Positions 1-14,275 of a stretch of 64,000 bases of DNA are shown piece by piece (positions within the stretch are counted from its first letter, which is position 1; each line of letters opens with the position of its first letter). Origin of the DNA: Pristiophorus japonicus (taxonomy: Eukaryota); assembly GCF_044704955.1 (NCBI RefSeq), contig NC_091999.1:5456001-5520000 (forward strand). Reading direction: 5' to 3'. The notes below the pieces were generated by a model. That model had not been told where the DNA came from, searched no databases, and worked only from the letters and a program-made list of their open reading frames with translations. The position numbers and the translations under genes are program-made.

Positions 1-667
1 CCTGTCCAGTCCCGTCAGAATTTTATGTGTTTCTATGAGATCTCCTCTCATCCTTCTAAACTCCAGTGAATACAGGCCCAGTCGATCCAGTCTCTCTTCA
101 TATGTCAGTCCAGCCATCCCGGGAATCAGTCTGGTGAACCTTCGCTGCACTCCCTCAATAGCAAGAACGTCCTTCCTCAGATTAGGAGACCAAAACTGTA
201 CACAATATTCAAGGTGAGGCCTCACCGAGGCCCTGTACAACAGCAAGACCTCCCTGTTTCTATACTCAAATCCCCTAGCTATGAAGGCCAACATACCATT
301 TGCCTTCTTCACCGCCTGCTGTACCTGCATGCCAACCTTCAATGACTGATGTACCATGACACCCAGGTCTCGTTGCACCTCCCCTTTTCCTAATCTTCCG
401 CCATTCAGATAATATTCTGCCCTCGTGTTTTTGCCCCCAAAGTGGATAACCTCACATTTATCTACATTATACTGCGTCTGCCATGCATTTTCCCACTCAC
501 CGAACCTGTCCAAGTCACCCTGCAGCCTCTTAGCATCCTCCTCACAGCTCACACCGACACCCAGTTTAGTGTCATCTGCAAACTGGGAGATATTACACTC
601 AATTCCTTCGTCTAAATCATTGATGTATATTGTAAATAGCTGGGGTCCCAGCACTGAGCCCTGCGGA
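1..667 (-). mobile_element. CR1 LINE ORF2 fragment
   Basis: Reverse complement matches the other CR1 copies from the GSVLGP...ADD region through RPHLEYCVQFWSP. Confidence 0.9.
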
Positions 668-3400
668 CGCAGACTTGCACTCATTGCCGAGCCTCTTCAA
701 ATAGCCACTTACGAACCCTTCGTTGCTTTGCAGTCCAAGGAGGCGCACAACTGTGCCGACCAAGAAGCCACAAGTGATGGGGAATGGCAGAATGTGGAGC
801 TCACCGATCTTAAGCAGTGGGTGCGCACGTTGGCATCCCTGTGGCTGCTGATTCTTCCGATATCGCTGTGGGCAGCATGGGTGCGTGAAGGGCTTTGTGC
901 ATTGCTATCTCTCCCTCACACTGCAATGGCTGACCGGGCTCTTGCTTAAGCTTCTCACCCTCAAGTCCGCCCCCCTTCTCCCTTTTATGAACGCAGGTCA
1001 GACTCCGAGTGTCATAGTGAGCGACACAGACACACTTGACGTGACTGGCAGCCACAGTGAGGACGAAACACTTGACACCCTCAATGATGTTGGTGGAATC
1101 TCGGAGAAGGGAGACGGAGAGCGGGCGGGGTGGGGGGGGGGGGTGGTGGGGAGGGAGCTCTGCCAGCAACAGTGCGTCACTGCTTCCTAAAGTCCCACGC
1201 ACCGGCTGAGATACCGGGAATCCGCAGTTGGCTAAGCTAGGTTGAGGAGAGGGGTTTGCACTGGGTGCAGCACCGGGATCGAGAGGGCTGCAGCATGGTT
1301 AAGGGCCAAGGGAACCTCAGCTAACCTCTCTCCTGGGGTGGGGGGGGTGCAGGGGCGAGTGCGCAGCAGAGTCCTGCTGAGGATGACTCAGATGAGACCA
1401 TCGATGTTGGGGCATACAAACAAATGGAGACGCCATGCAAGCGGAACTCTTGGCAGCAATGCAAGGGGTACCCGAGAGGCTGCCGTAAGTGGTAAGGAGT
1501 GTGGAGGAGTCCGAATCCCACATTGTGGACAGCTCTGCGCACACCATGGGGACCATGATTGGCAGATGGAGTATAATGTTGGAAAGTGTGAGGTCATGCA
1601 CTTTGGCAGAACAAAATGTGAGAGCAAGTTATTATTTCAATGGAGAAAAATTGCAAAGTGCCGCAGTACAGCGGGACCTGGGGGTCCTTGTGCATGAAGC
1701 ATAAAAGGATAGTATGTAGGTACAGCAAGTGATCAGGAAGGCCAATGGTATTGCAAAGGGGGTGGGGTATAAAAGCAGGGAAGTCTTACTACAGCTATAT
1801 AAGGTATTGGTGAGGCCACACCTGGAGTACTGCGTGCAGTTTTGGTTTCCATATTTACGAAAGGATATACTTGCTTTGGAGGCAGTTCAGAGATGGTTCA
1901 CTCGGTTGATTCCGGAGACGAGGGGGTTGACTTATGAGGAAAGGTTGAGTAGATTGGGCCTCTACTCATTGGAATTCAGAAGAATGAGAGGTGATCTTAT
2001 CGAGACGCATAAGATTATGAGCGGGCTTGACAGGGTCGATGCAGAGAGGATGTTTCCACTGATGGGGGAGACTCGAACTAGAGGGCATGATCTTAGAATA
2101 AGGGGCCGTCCATTTAAAACAGAGATGAGGAGAAATTTCTTCTCTCAGAGGGTTGTAAATCTGTGGAATTCTCTGCCCCAGAGAGCTGTGGAGGCTGGGT
2201 CATTGAATATATTTAAGGCGGAGATAGATAGATTTTTGAACGATAAGGGAGTGAAGGGTTATGGGGAAGTGGAGCTGAGACCATGATCAGATCAGCCATG
2301 ATCTTATTGAATGGCGAAGCAGGCTCAAGGGGCCATATGGTCTACTCCTGTTCCTATTTCTTATGTTCTTATGTTCTTATGATTGCCACTGTGCAGTCAT
2401 TGGTGGAATCCCAGAGTGATCACGTGGATCCAGCTGCAATGACGCATCTTGAGGGAGGTGACGCCTATGATTGTAGCACAGGCGCGAGGGAGCGAGCATT
2501 GCTGTGACTCATTGGACAGGCTGGCCGCTGCCCTGGAAGCTCGGAATGCTCTCTTGCACTGTAGGCAACAGACCATCTGGCTGCTGTCGTCTCTGATGGC
2601 TTCCAGGATGTGACTGCTCTCATGCAGTCTCAGCTGGAGGCTACGTGAGATCGGACTGCTGCCAATGCGGCTGGGTCCATCAGGGTCCACCGGGGGGGCC
2701 TAACAGTCCCGCCCCACCGACCTTTGTGCTCCAGGAGCTTTGTGGGGGAGGTGGGATTCTGCCCCGGGGCGGGGTGGGGGAGGGGAGAGGGGGGGAGATG
2801 TGGCGATGGCCCCTCGGAGCAGGAGACTGACGTGGGCTCTCCGGTTCACAGCAGCCCTGAGCCACGACCGGCCACTCCGCAATTGCTGCCAAGCATGGCA
2901 TCACCCCAGCCACTTCCGACTGCGGGTGCACAGGAAGATGCGGCCCAGTCTGCAGCTGGCCCTTCCAGGCCCAGAAACTGGTCGTGGGCGTCCGAGAAGG
3001 ACATCTGTAGCTTGCTCCACAGAAGCACGGCAGCCTTCCCAAAGCCACGATGCAGCCACAGAGGAGGCGTAGTAGGTGTACTAAGGAATTGCACACAAGT
3101 GTGAAAATGAATTATGTTGATGATTTGCACACCCATTTTTGGGGATCTAATAAATCGTTATGTTGTGTTTGCAGTTTGTAATGAGCTGTCTCGTTCGATT
3201 GGGCGGCAATTATGCGTGAGAAGGCTCACTGCGTTGCCCATGGGCACGGCCAGATGCAGGCACAGCTGGGAATTCAGTTATGTGAACCGCACAGCTACCA
3301 GGCGGCTTTTGTGCTTCCGTTGCAGGGTCACAATAATGTCGCCGCCTCCTGCACAGCTGGCCATCCGCATTCTGCTCCTCCTCCTCCTCCTCATGCATCG
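668..3400. mobile_element. Degenerate Harbinger-type DNA transposon remnant, split by a CR1
   Basis: GC-rich decayed coding-like sequence flanks the CR1 at 1556-2381. An acidic MHEEEEEE segment (minus strand) resembles the transposase end at ~11340. Confidence 0.4.
1556..2381 (+). mobile_element. CR1 LINE 3' fragment
   Basis: LVRPHLEYCVQFW, RRMRGDLIE, FFSQRVVNLWNSLP and a (TTATGTTC)n tail. Confidence 0.93.
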
Positions 3401-3402
3401 CA

Positions 3403-3629
3403 CAAGAACATAAGATAATAAATAAGAAATCGGAGCAGGAGTAGGCCATACGCGCCTCGAGGCTGCTCCGCCATTCAATAAGATCATGGCTGATCCGATC
3501 TTCGCCTCAACGCCACTTCACCGCCCCATAACCCTTGACTCCCTCATCGTTCAACAATCTGTCCATCTCCACCTGAAACATATTCAATGACCCAGCCTCC
3601 ACAGCTCTCTGGGGAAGAGAATTGCAAAG
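3403..3629 (-). mobile_element. CR1 3' end (host element, continues at 6376)
   Basis: Reverse-complement CR1 tail and 3' UTR. The sequence resumes collinearly at 6376. Confidence 0.8.
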
Positions 3630-6375
3630 GGGTATTCAACATTTAGGAAGGATAGACAGAAAGGAAAAGGAGGCGGGGTGGCGTTGCTGGTTAAAGAGGA
3701 AATTAATGCAATAGTAAGAAGGGACATTAGCCTGGATGATGTGAAATCGGTATGGGTGGAGCTGCGGAATACCAAAGGGCAGAAAACGCTAGTGCGAGTT
3801 GTGTACAGACCACCAAACAGTAGTAGTGAGGTTGGGGACAGCATCAAACAAGAAATTAGGCAATAAAGGTACAGCAGTTATCATGGGTGACTTTAATCGA
3901 CATATAGATTGGGCTAACCAAACTGGTAGCAATGCAGTGGAGGAGGATTTCCTGGAATGTATTAGGGATGGTTTTCTAGACCAATATGTCGAGGAACCAA
4001 CCAGGGAGCTGGCCATCCTAGACTGGATGATGTGTAATGAGAAAGGACTAATTAGCAATCTTGTTGTGCGAGGCCCCTTGGGGAAGAGTGACCATAATAT
4101 GGTAGAATTCTTTGTTAGGATGGAGAGTGACACAGTTAATTCAGAAACTAGGGTCCTGAACTTAAGGAAAGGTAACTTCGATGGTATGAGACGTGAATTG
4201 GCTAGAATAGACTGGCGAGTGATACTTAAAGGGTTGATGGTGGATAGGCATTGGCAAACATTTAAAGATCACATGGATGAACTTCAACAATTGTACATCC
4301 CTGTCTGGAGTAAAAATAAAACGGAGAAGGTGGCTCAACCGTGGCTATCAAGGGAAATTAAGGATAGTGTTAAATCCAAAGAAGAGGCATATAAATTGGC
4401 CAGAAAAAGCAGCAAACCTGAGGACTGGGAGAAATTTAGAATTCAGCAGAGGAGGACAAAGGGTTTAATTAAGAGGGGGAAAATAGAGTACGAGAAGAAG
4501 CTTGCCGGGAACATAAAAACTGACTGCAAAAGCTTCGATAGATATGTGAAGAGAAAAAGATGAGTGAAAACAAACGTAGGTCCCTTGCAGTCGGATTCAG
4601 GTGAATTTATAATGGGGAACAAAGAAATGGCAGACCAATTGAACAAATACTTTGGTTCTGTCTTCATGAAGGAAGACACAAATAACCTTCCAGAAATACT
4701 AGGGGATCGAGGGTCTAGTGAGAAGGAGGAACTGAAGGATATCCTTATTAGGCAGGAAATTGTGTTAGGGAAATTGATGGGATTGAAGGCCGATAAATCC
4801 CCGGGGCCTGATAGTCTGCATCCCAGAGTACTTAAGGAAGTGGCCCTAGAAATAGTGGATGGATTGGTGATCATTTTCCAACAGTCTATCGACTCTGGAT
4901 CAGTTCCTATGGACTGGAGGGTAGCTAATGTAACACCATTTTTAAAAAGGGAGGGAGAGAAAAAGCGGGTAGTTATAGACCGGTTAGCCTGACATCAGTG
5001 GTGGGGAAAATGTTGGAATCAATTATTAAGGATGAAATAGCAGCGCATTTGGAAAGCAGTGACAGGATCGGTCCAAGTCAGCATGGATTTATGAAGGGGA
5101 AATCATGCTTGACAAATCTTCTGGAATTTTTTGAGGATGTAACTAATAGAGTGGACAAGGGAGAACCAGTGGATGTGGTGTATTTGGACTTTCAAAAGGC
5201 TTTTGACAAGGACCCATACAAGACTTTGGTGTGCAAAATCAAAGCACATGGCATTGGGGGTAATGTACTGACGTGGATAGAGAACTGGTTAGCGGACAGG
5301 AAGCAGAGAGTCGGGATCAACGGGTCCTTTTCAGAATGGCAGGCAGTGACTAGTGGAGTGCCGCAGGGCTCAGTGCTGGGACCGCAGCTCTTTACAATAT
5401 ACATCAATGATTTGGATGAAGGAATTGAGTGTAATATCTCCAAGTTTGCAGATGACACTAAGCTGGGTGGCAGTGTGAGCTGTGAGGGGACGCTAAGACG
5501 CTGCAGGGTGACTTGGATAGGTTAAGTGAGTGGGCAATTGCATGGCAGATGCAGTATAATGTGGATAAATGTGAGGTTATCCACTTTGGGGGCAAAAACG
5601 CAAAGACAGAATATTATCTGAATGGTGGCAGATTCGGAAAAGGGGAGGTGCAACGAGACCTGGGTGTCATTGTTGATCAGTCACTGAAAGTTGCCATGCA
5701 GGTACAGCAGGTGGTAAAGAAGGCAAATGGTATGTTGGCCTTCATAGCTAGGGGATTTGAGTATAGGAGCAGGGAGATCTTACTGCAGTTGTACAGGGCC
5801 TTGGTGAGGCCTCACCTGGAATATTGTGTTCAGTTTTGGTCTCCTAATCTGAGGAAGGACGTTCTTGCTATTGAGGGAGTGCAGCGAAGGTTCACCAGAC
5901 TGATTCCCGTGATTGCTGGACTGACATATGAGGAGAAACTGGATCAACTGAGCTTTTATATATTGGAGCTTAGAAGAATGAGAGGGGATCTCTTAGAAAC
6001 ATACAAGATGGGATGGTACGGGTTAGATGCGGGTAGATTGTTCCCGATGTTGGGGAAGTCCAGAACCAGGGGACACAGTCTTAGGATAAGGGATAGGCCA
6101 TTTAGGACTGAGATGAGGAGAAACTTCTTCACTCAGAGAGTTGTTAACCTGAGGAATTCCCTGCCGCAGAGAGTTGTTGATACCAGTTCATTGGATATAT
6201 TCAAGAGGGAGTTAGATGTGGCCCTTACGGCTAAGGGGATCAAGGGGTATGGAGAGAAAACAGGAAAGGGGTACAGAGGGAATGATCAGCCATGATCTTA
6301 TCGAATGGTGGTGCAGGCTCGAATGGCCGAATGGCCTACTCCTGCACCTATTTTCTGTGTTTCTATGTTTCTATG
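3630..6375 (+). mobile_element. CR1 LINE ORF2 (APE endonuclease plus RT), frameshifted
   Basis: [46 protein letters not shown] and FADD occur across successive ORFs. (TTCTATGT)n tail. Confidence 0.95.
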
Positions 6376-6931
6376 ATTCACGACCCTCTGAGAGAAGAAA
6401 TTCCTACTCATCTCCGTTTCAAATGGGTGACCCCTCATTCTGAAACTCTGCCCCTATTTTCTAGATTCCCCGATGAGGGGAAACATCTTCTCTGTATCTA
6501 CCTTGTCGAGCCCCCTCAGAATAATATAGATTTCAATACGATTGCCTCTCATTCTTCTAAACTCCAAGGAGTAGAGGCCCAACCTGCTCAACCTTTCTTC
6601 ATAAGTCAACCCCCTCATCTCAGGAATCAACCTAGTGAACCTTCAATGCAAATTTATCCCTCCTTAAATAAGGAGATCAAAATTGTACACCATACTCCAG
6701 CTGTGGTCTTACCTACGTCCTTCACAGTTAGAGCAGGAGTTCCACATTTTTATACTCCACGTCCTTTGCAATAAAGGCAAAAATTCAATTTGCTTTCCGA
6801 ATTACTTGCTGTACCTGCATGCTAATTTTTTTGTTTCATGTCCCAGATCCCTCTGCACAGCTGCATTTTGTCATCTCTCCCAATTTAAATAATTATTTGC
6901 TTTTTTATTTTTCCTACCAAAGTGCATAACT
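6376..6931 (-). mobile_element. CR1 fragment (host element)
   Basis: Reverse-complement CR1 ORF2 C-terminal region. Confidence 0.8.
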
Positions 6932-9231
6932 TATGTCATATACCTACGGCTAAATACTTTATAATCTTTGGAGGAATATAGAAAGTTAAGAGGCAAAATT
7001 AAAAAGGACATTAGGAATGCACGAGAAGAGAGAGCACGAGAAAATCTTGGCCAGTAAAATTAAGGATAACCGTAAGATGCTCTGTAAATATCGCAAGAGA
7101 AGAGGGTAATTAAAGAAAGGGTAGGGCTTATTAGAAACCATGAGAGTATTCTTTGTGTAGAGGCAGAAGATGTTGGTAGGGTTCTTAACGAATACTTTGC
7201 ATCTGTTTTCACAAAGTAAAGGGGTAATGCAGTTACTGCTAGCGAGGAGGAATGTGATATTCTGGATGAAATAAATATAGTGAGGGAGGAAGTATTAAGG
7301 GGTTTAGCAGCTTTGAAAGTAGATAAGTCCCCAGGCCCAGATGAAATGCATCCTAGGCTGTTGAGCGAAGTAAAAGATGAAATAGCAGAGGTCTTGACCA
7401 TCATTTTCCAGTCCTCTTTGGATCTGGGCCTGGTGCCGGAGGACTGGAGGACTGCTAATATAGTACCCTTGTTTAAGAAGGGAAAAATAATATAGGCCGA
7501 GTAATTACAGGCCTGTCAGCCTAATCTCAATGTTGGGAAAATTATTGGAAAAAATCTTGAAAGACAGGATAAATCTGCATTTGGAAAGGCAAGGATTAAT
7601 TTGGGACTGTCAACATGGATTTGTTAAGGGAAGAACGTGTTTGACTAACCTGATTGAATTTTTTGGGGAGGTAACTAAGAAGGTCGATGAGGGTAGTGCA
7701 TACGATGTAGTATATTTGGACTTTAGCAAAGCTTTTGATAAGGTCCCACATGGTAGACTGGTCATGAAGGTCAAAGCCCATGGGATCCAGGGCAGTGAAA
7801 GTTGGATCAAAAATTGGCTTGGAGGTAGGAAGCAAAGGGTAATGATTGATGGATGCTTTTGTGACTGGAAGGATATTTCCAGTGGGGTTCCGCAGGGCTC
7901 AGTACTGGGTCCCTTGCTTTTTGTGGTATATATCAACAATTTAGATTTGAATATAGGGAGTATGATTAGGAAGTTTGTAGACGAAACTAAAACTGGCTGT
8001 GTCGTTGATAATGAAGATAAAGTCATGGGCTGCAGGAGCATATCAATCTACTGGTCAGATAGGCAGAGCAGTGGCAAATGGAATTTAATTCAGAGAAGTG
8101 TGAGGTGATGCACTTTGGGAGGTCTAATAAGGAAAGAATATACACATTAAGCAGTAGGACACTTAATAGTGTAGATGAACAAAGGGACCTTGGAGTGCTT
8201 GTCCACAGATCCCTGAAAGTAGCAGGCCAGGTGGATAAGGTGATTAAGAGGCATACGGAATGCTTGCCTTTATTGGCCGAGGCATTAAATATAAGAGTAT
8301 GGATGTTATGCTTAAATTGTATAATACTTTGTTTAGGCCACAGCTGGAATACTGCGTGCAGTTCTGGTCGCCGTAGTGTAGGAATGACGTGATTGCACTC
8401 GAGAGGGTGCAGAGGAGATTTGCAAGGATGCTGCCTGGAATGGAAAATCTTAGTTATGAGGACAGATTGGATAGGCTGGGTTTGTTCTCATTGGAATAGA
8501 GGAGGTTGAGAGGAGACCTCATCGAGGTGTACAAAATATTGAAGGGCCTGGACACAGTGGATTGTAAGGGTCTATTTCCATTGGTGGATGGGTCTATTAC
8601 GAGGGGGCATAGTTTTAAGGTGGTTGGTGGAAGGTTTAGAGGGGATTTGAGGGGTGGGCTTCTTTACGCAGAGGGTTGTGGGTATCTGGAACTCACTGCC
8701 TGGAAGAGTGGTGGATGCAGAAACCCTCACCACTTTTAAGAGATGGTTGGATGGGCAATTAAAGTGCAGTAACGTGCAGGGTTACCGATAGAGCTGGTAA
8801 TTGGGATTAGACTGGATAACCTTTTGTTGGGCGGTGCAGATATAATGATAAGTACTGCAGGGAATAGAATACAGCCAGGATGATCTCCTAGATTAGTTTT
8901 GATCGCTTGGATGAGTCGGAGAGGAATTTTCCCAGATTATTTCTCCCTAAATTGGCCTGGGTTTTTATCTGGTTTTTGCCTCTCCCAGGAGATCACATGG
9001 CTCCGGTTGGTGTGGAGTGTTGATGTTTTCAGTATAAGGGGTGTCACAGTTGTATGAGGCGGACTGGTTGGGTTGGGTGCTCTTTGCCTTTCTGTCATTG
9101 TTCATAGGTTTATACATAACCTTTAGCGCTGTTGACCGAGGGCCGTGTGGCTCTTTCTCGGCTGGCACAGACACGATGGGTCGAAATGGCCTCCTTCTGC
9201 GCTGTAAATTTCTATGTTTCTATGTTTCTAT
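6932..9231 (+). mobile_element. CR1 LINE, different subfamily with longer 3' UTR
   Basis: [42 protein letters not shown] and a TTCTATGT tail. Confidence 0.92.
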
Positions 9232-11300
9232 CAGCAATTTGCCTACATCAGACTCGCTCCCTACATCCAAATCATTAATATAAATAGTAAATAGTTGAGG
9301 CCCCAGCACTGATCCATGTGGCACCACACTGGTTACCTTTTGCCAACTTGAAGATGACCCATTTATCCCAACTCTCTGTTTTCTGTTAGTTAGCCAATCC
9401 TCTAGCCATGGTAATATAATTTCCCTAACCCCGTGAGCTCTTACCTTGTTTTTAATGTGGCACCTTATCGAATGATTTCTGGAAATCCAAATTCACGACA
9501 TTTAACGGTTCCATTTTATCCACCCAGCTCGTTACATCCTCAAGGAACTGCAGCACATTAGTCAAATATGATTTCCCTTTCATAAAACCATGCTGACTCT
9601 GCTTGACTGCATTATGATTTTCTAAATGTCCTGCTACTGTTTCCTTAATGATGGACTCCAGCATTTTCCCAATGGTAGCTGTTAGACTAACTGTACTATG
9701 CTTTCGGTCTGCCTCCTTTCTTAAATGGGGGCGTTACATTTGCGGTTTTCCGGTCCACTGGGACCTCTCCAGAATCCAGGGAATGTTGGTAAATTACAAC
9801 CAATGCATCCCCTATCTCTGCAGCCACTCTTAAGACCCGAGGATGCAGGCCATCTGGTCTAGGGCACCTGTCCACCTTTAGTCCCATTAGTTTGCCTAGT
9901 ATGTTTCTCTCGTGATAGTGATTGTTTTAGAGCCCACTCCCCAATGGCCTTTTGATGATCAATTATTGGGATGCTTTTAGTGTCTTCTACAGTGAAGAAT
10001 GTTACAAATTATTTGTTGACTTTCTCTGCCATTTCCGTTTCCCATTGTTAATTCCTCAATCTCATTCTCTAAGTGACCAACCTCTACTTTAGCAACCCTC
10101 TTCCTTTTTTTTTTTACCTGTAGAAGCTCTTACTGTCTGTTTTTATATTTTTTGCTAGTTTGCTCTCCTAAGTTATCTTCTCTCTCTTTATCATTTTTTT
10201 AGTCGACCTTTGCTGGTTTCTAAAAAGTTCCCAATCCTCTGGCCTTGCACTGTTCTTTGCAACATTGTATGCCTTTGTTTTCAATGTGATATCATCCATT
10301 ACTTCCTTAGTTAGGTAGGGATGATTCACCCTTCTCTTAGAACCTATCTTTCGCACTGGAATATATCTTTGCTGAGAGTTATGGAATATCTCCATAAATG
10401 TTTGCCACTATTTTTCAACAGTTTTAACCCTTTAATATATTTTCCCAGTCCACTTTAACTAACTCCACCTTTATACCTTTGTAATTACCTTTATTTAAGT
10501 TCAGGACACTAGTTTGAGACCTAGCCTTCTCACCCTCAAACTGAATTTGAAATTCTACCATGCTATGATCACTCTTCCCAAGAGGATTCTTCACTATGTG
10601 ATCATTCATTAATCCTGGCCCATTACACACTACCAGATCTAAAATAGCCTGCTCCTTGGTTGGTTCTGAAATGTATTGTTCCAAGAAACCATCCCACATA
10701 CACTCTATGAAATCCTCCTCAAGGCTACGTTTGCCAATTTGATTTGTCCAATCTATATGAAGATTAAAATTGCCCATGATTATTGCCGTACCTTTCTTAC
10801 AAGCCTCCATTATTTCTTGATTTATACTGTGTCCTACAGTGTGGCTAATGTTTGGGGCCTGAAGACCACTCACACCAGTGTCTTCTTCCCCTTATGATCT
10901 CTTATCTCCACCCAAACTTATTCCACATCTTGATCTTCTGAGCCAATATCATTTCTCACTACTGCACTGACCTCATCCCTTATTAACAGAGCGACCCCAT
11001 CTCCTTTTCCTTTCTGCCTATCCTTTCGAAATGGCAAATACCCCTGAATATTCAATTTCTGTCCTTGGTCACCTTGCAACTACATCTCTGCAATAGCAAT
11101 CAGATTATTTCCATTTATTTCTGCTTGTGCCGTCAAGTCATCTGTTTTGTTATGAATGCTACGTGCATTCAGATATGGAGCTTTAAATTTTGCCTTGGGT
11201 GTATCCGCTCTGTCCCTTCCTGTCACACTCTGGTTATCATTACCCCTGTCGCTACGCTGCACTTTTGCCTTCTCCTTTTTCTTTGAACTTTTTAATTTCC
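9232..11300 (-). mobile_element. CR1 LINE ORF2 5' part (host element), degenerate
   Basis: [28 protein letters not shown] and LDFQKSFDKVPH on the minus strand. Confidence 0.9.
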
Positions 11301-11334
11301 GCTCACCCTATCACCCCCCCCCCCCCCCCCCCAT

Positions 11335-13250
11335 GCCTACTTCTCCTCCTCCTCCTCCACAGGTGACACTGTTGCCTCGTCCTTCACTGGCTGCGCCCCC
11401 GTGATGGCCAGGTTGTGGAACGTGACGCACACCACCACGAGTAAGGAGACACGCTCAGACGAGTGTTGTGGCACACGTCCTGAGTAGTCCAGGCAGCAAA
11501 ACCTCTGTTTAGAATGCCAATTGTGCGCTCGATGATGGTCCTAGTGGCCGGCAGACTGTTGTTGTAAGCGAGCTGGCCAGCAGATCTAGGGTTGCACAGA
11601 GGATCATGAGCCAAGTGGTCAGCGTGTACCCTTTTATCACCAAGGAGCCAGCCGCAATCTTCATTGGCCCCAGTGAATAGGAATGGTGCTGGTGCGGTTG
11701 ATAAAGGATGGAATCACTGCCATAGTAATGAGAAACGATATTGGCTCAAATGATCAGGATGTTGAAACAGTTTGGGTGGAGATAAGGAATAATAAGGGGA
11801 AAAAAATCACTGGTGGGTGTAGTCTATAGGCCCCCTAACAGTAGCAACTCTGTCGGTCGGAGTGTAAACCAAGAAATAGTGGGGGTTTGTAAAAAGAAAC
11901 AGCAATAATCATGGGTGATTTTAACCTCTATATTGTTTGGACAAATCAAATTGGTAAGGGTAGCCTTGATGAAGAGTTCATAGAGTGCATAAGGGACAGG
12001 TTCCTTGAGCAGTATGTAACGAAACCAACCAGTGGGCTGGCTATCTTCGATCTGGTCCTGTGTAATGAGACAGGATTAATAAACAATCTCCTCGTAAAGC
12101 ATCCCCTTGGAATGAGTGACCATAGCATGGTTGAATTTCAAATTCAGATGGAGGGCATGAAAGTTGGATCTCAAACTCATTAGAATTCAGTAGAATGAGA
12201 GGTGATCGTATCGAAACATATAAGATTATGAGGGGGTTTGACAAGATGGAAGCAGAGAAGATGTTTTCACTGATAGAGGAGACTAGAACTTGGGGCATAA
12301 TCTTACACTAAGGGCCCGGCCATTTAAAAATAAGATGAGGAGGAATTTATTTTCTCTGAGGGTTGTAAATCTGTGGAATTCGCTGCCTCAGAGAGCTGTG
12401 GGGGCTGGGTCATTGAATAAATTTAAGGCACAGATAGACAGTTTCTTAACCGATAAGGGAATAAGGGATTATGGGGAGCAGGCAGGGAAGTGGAGCTGAG
12501 TCCATGATCGGATCAGCCATGATCGTATTAAATGGCGGAGCAGGCTCGAGGGGCCGTATGGCCTACTCCTGTCCCTATTTCGTGTGTTCTTACGTTCTTA
12601 TGAAAGAGTTGGTGCTGCTGTCAGAAAAGCGGGCATCCACTTCCATAATTTTGCAGTTGGTGATCGCACACAAACTGCACATTCAAGGAGAGGACTGCCT
12701 TGTGGTTTCTGAATTGCTCGGGAGTATGTTGGGGTGCCCTGAGAGCAACATGTGTGCAGTCAATGATCCCCCTGGACCCTGGGGAAGCCCGCGATGTGCA
12801 GAAGTGCAGTCTGAAGCTCCAATTGCTTCTCCCTTGCCGTGGAGAATGAGATGTAGTCGGCCCTCATCCCATACAGAGCATCCTGTATTGATGTGTAGGC
12901 TGCAACCTGCGTGATGTTGCACATGTCCGCGGGGTCACCTTGGAGGGACCCTGTTGCATAAACGTTCAGGGCAAATATTAACTTTAGATGCCACGCTGAG
13001 GGCTCTCCTCACCCGTGTTTGTGGCTCCAGTTCTGCCTGCGGGAGATTGCAATGCTCCGTCATGATGTCCTTTTGGAATCTCAGTCTACGCGGGCACTGA
13101 TCATCATTCATATCCCTGTATGAGAATTTGTGGCGGAAGACCCTTTCTCGATATGGCCCAGTGCCTCCACATCTGTGTGGCCATCTTCTTCTGTGAATTG
13201 GCTCACTGGCCTCTCCCTGCTGTTCTGTTGCCTCCTCCACCTCTGCAGGT
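11335..13250 (-). mobile_element. PIF/Harbinger (HARBI1-like DDE) transposase pseudogene, interrupted by a CR1
   Basis: Frameshifted motifs RRLRF, ALSVASKV, GFPRVQGIIDCTHVALRAP, SLNVQFVCDH, GWLLGDK/GY..WLM and ATRTIIERTIGIL. Confidence 0.8.
11720..12603 (+). mobile_element. Internally deleted CR1 (endonuclease joined to 3' end)
   Basis: MGDFN..SDHS runs into RMRGD..IETYKI near 12180, then a CR1 tail. Confidence 0.85.
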
Positions 13251-14275
13251 TGCTGCCTCCCAACACCTGCCCCCGCTGCAGGCTGCCTCCTCTCCTGCTG
13301 GCCCGATATCTGGTGTGGGGAGGTCTGCGTACCTCAACCTCCTCCCGAGGGGACGCGCTTTCAGAGGGCCTTCCTGTGGCCTCTCCCCTGTCACCATCAC
13401 CCCGGCCCTTGCCCGCTGTCTCTGCGGCTGGTGCCCTCCCCAGTGCCGCCTTCGCCTCCGTGCCTCGGTGGCACGCACAATGAGCGGGAGGCTTTGGCCT
13501 GCCAACACTGACCTCATTTCAGCAGCCTCCATAAGCCCAGCCACCTCCAAGCGGCCTCCCTGTTCTGCAGGTGGAAGGCGCCTTCAGCACGCGCAAAGTA
13601 GTGCGCACCGTATCCTTGCACTGCTCGTGAAACAACGGGAAAATGTTGCTGACACAAAACAAGGCAACACACCTTTAAGGCACTCCGGCGGTGTGCATGA
13701 GGAACTATGCAACACCCGAAAAAAAGACAACTCTTGGCACCGACGAGCGGTGGGAAGACTTTTATGGGGCAATGTGCTACTCTACTCAACAGCTTGGCTG
13801 CCAATTTGCGACGGTAACAGGCCTTAACAGAGGGGCAATTTCTCTCGACTTTCTTTATTTCATCCTTCATTATCGTGGCCAACCCATCTCCTTTTCCAGT
13901 CTTTTCGAAAGTTCAAGTAGCCTGGAATAATTAGCTACTGACCCTGGTCACCTTGCAAACACGTCTCTGAAATTGCTGTGAGAGCAAACCCAATTGTTTC
14001 GGGTAATTACAGCCTCGAATTCATCTATCTTGCTCCAAATGCTTTAGGCATTCAGGTAAAGAGTCTTTCGTTTAAATATTTTACTATTATTCTCTACGTT
14101 CACCTTATTCGTTGAATTTAATGGCACAATACCTGCTGGACAAACATTCTGCTCTGAAAAAGTCTGTTTTTATATTTGTGGAATGTGAAACTTCTCCATT
14201 ATGACAGAAAATTACTAGATTTTTCAAATAATTAAGGTTTTGTAAAATTTTGTTCATGGAATTTCAGCTTCTACC

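Noticed and set aside
13120-13882. 235-aa and overlapping GC-rich ORFs
   Set aside because: They lie in the decayed Harbinger region and show no recognisable host protein features.
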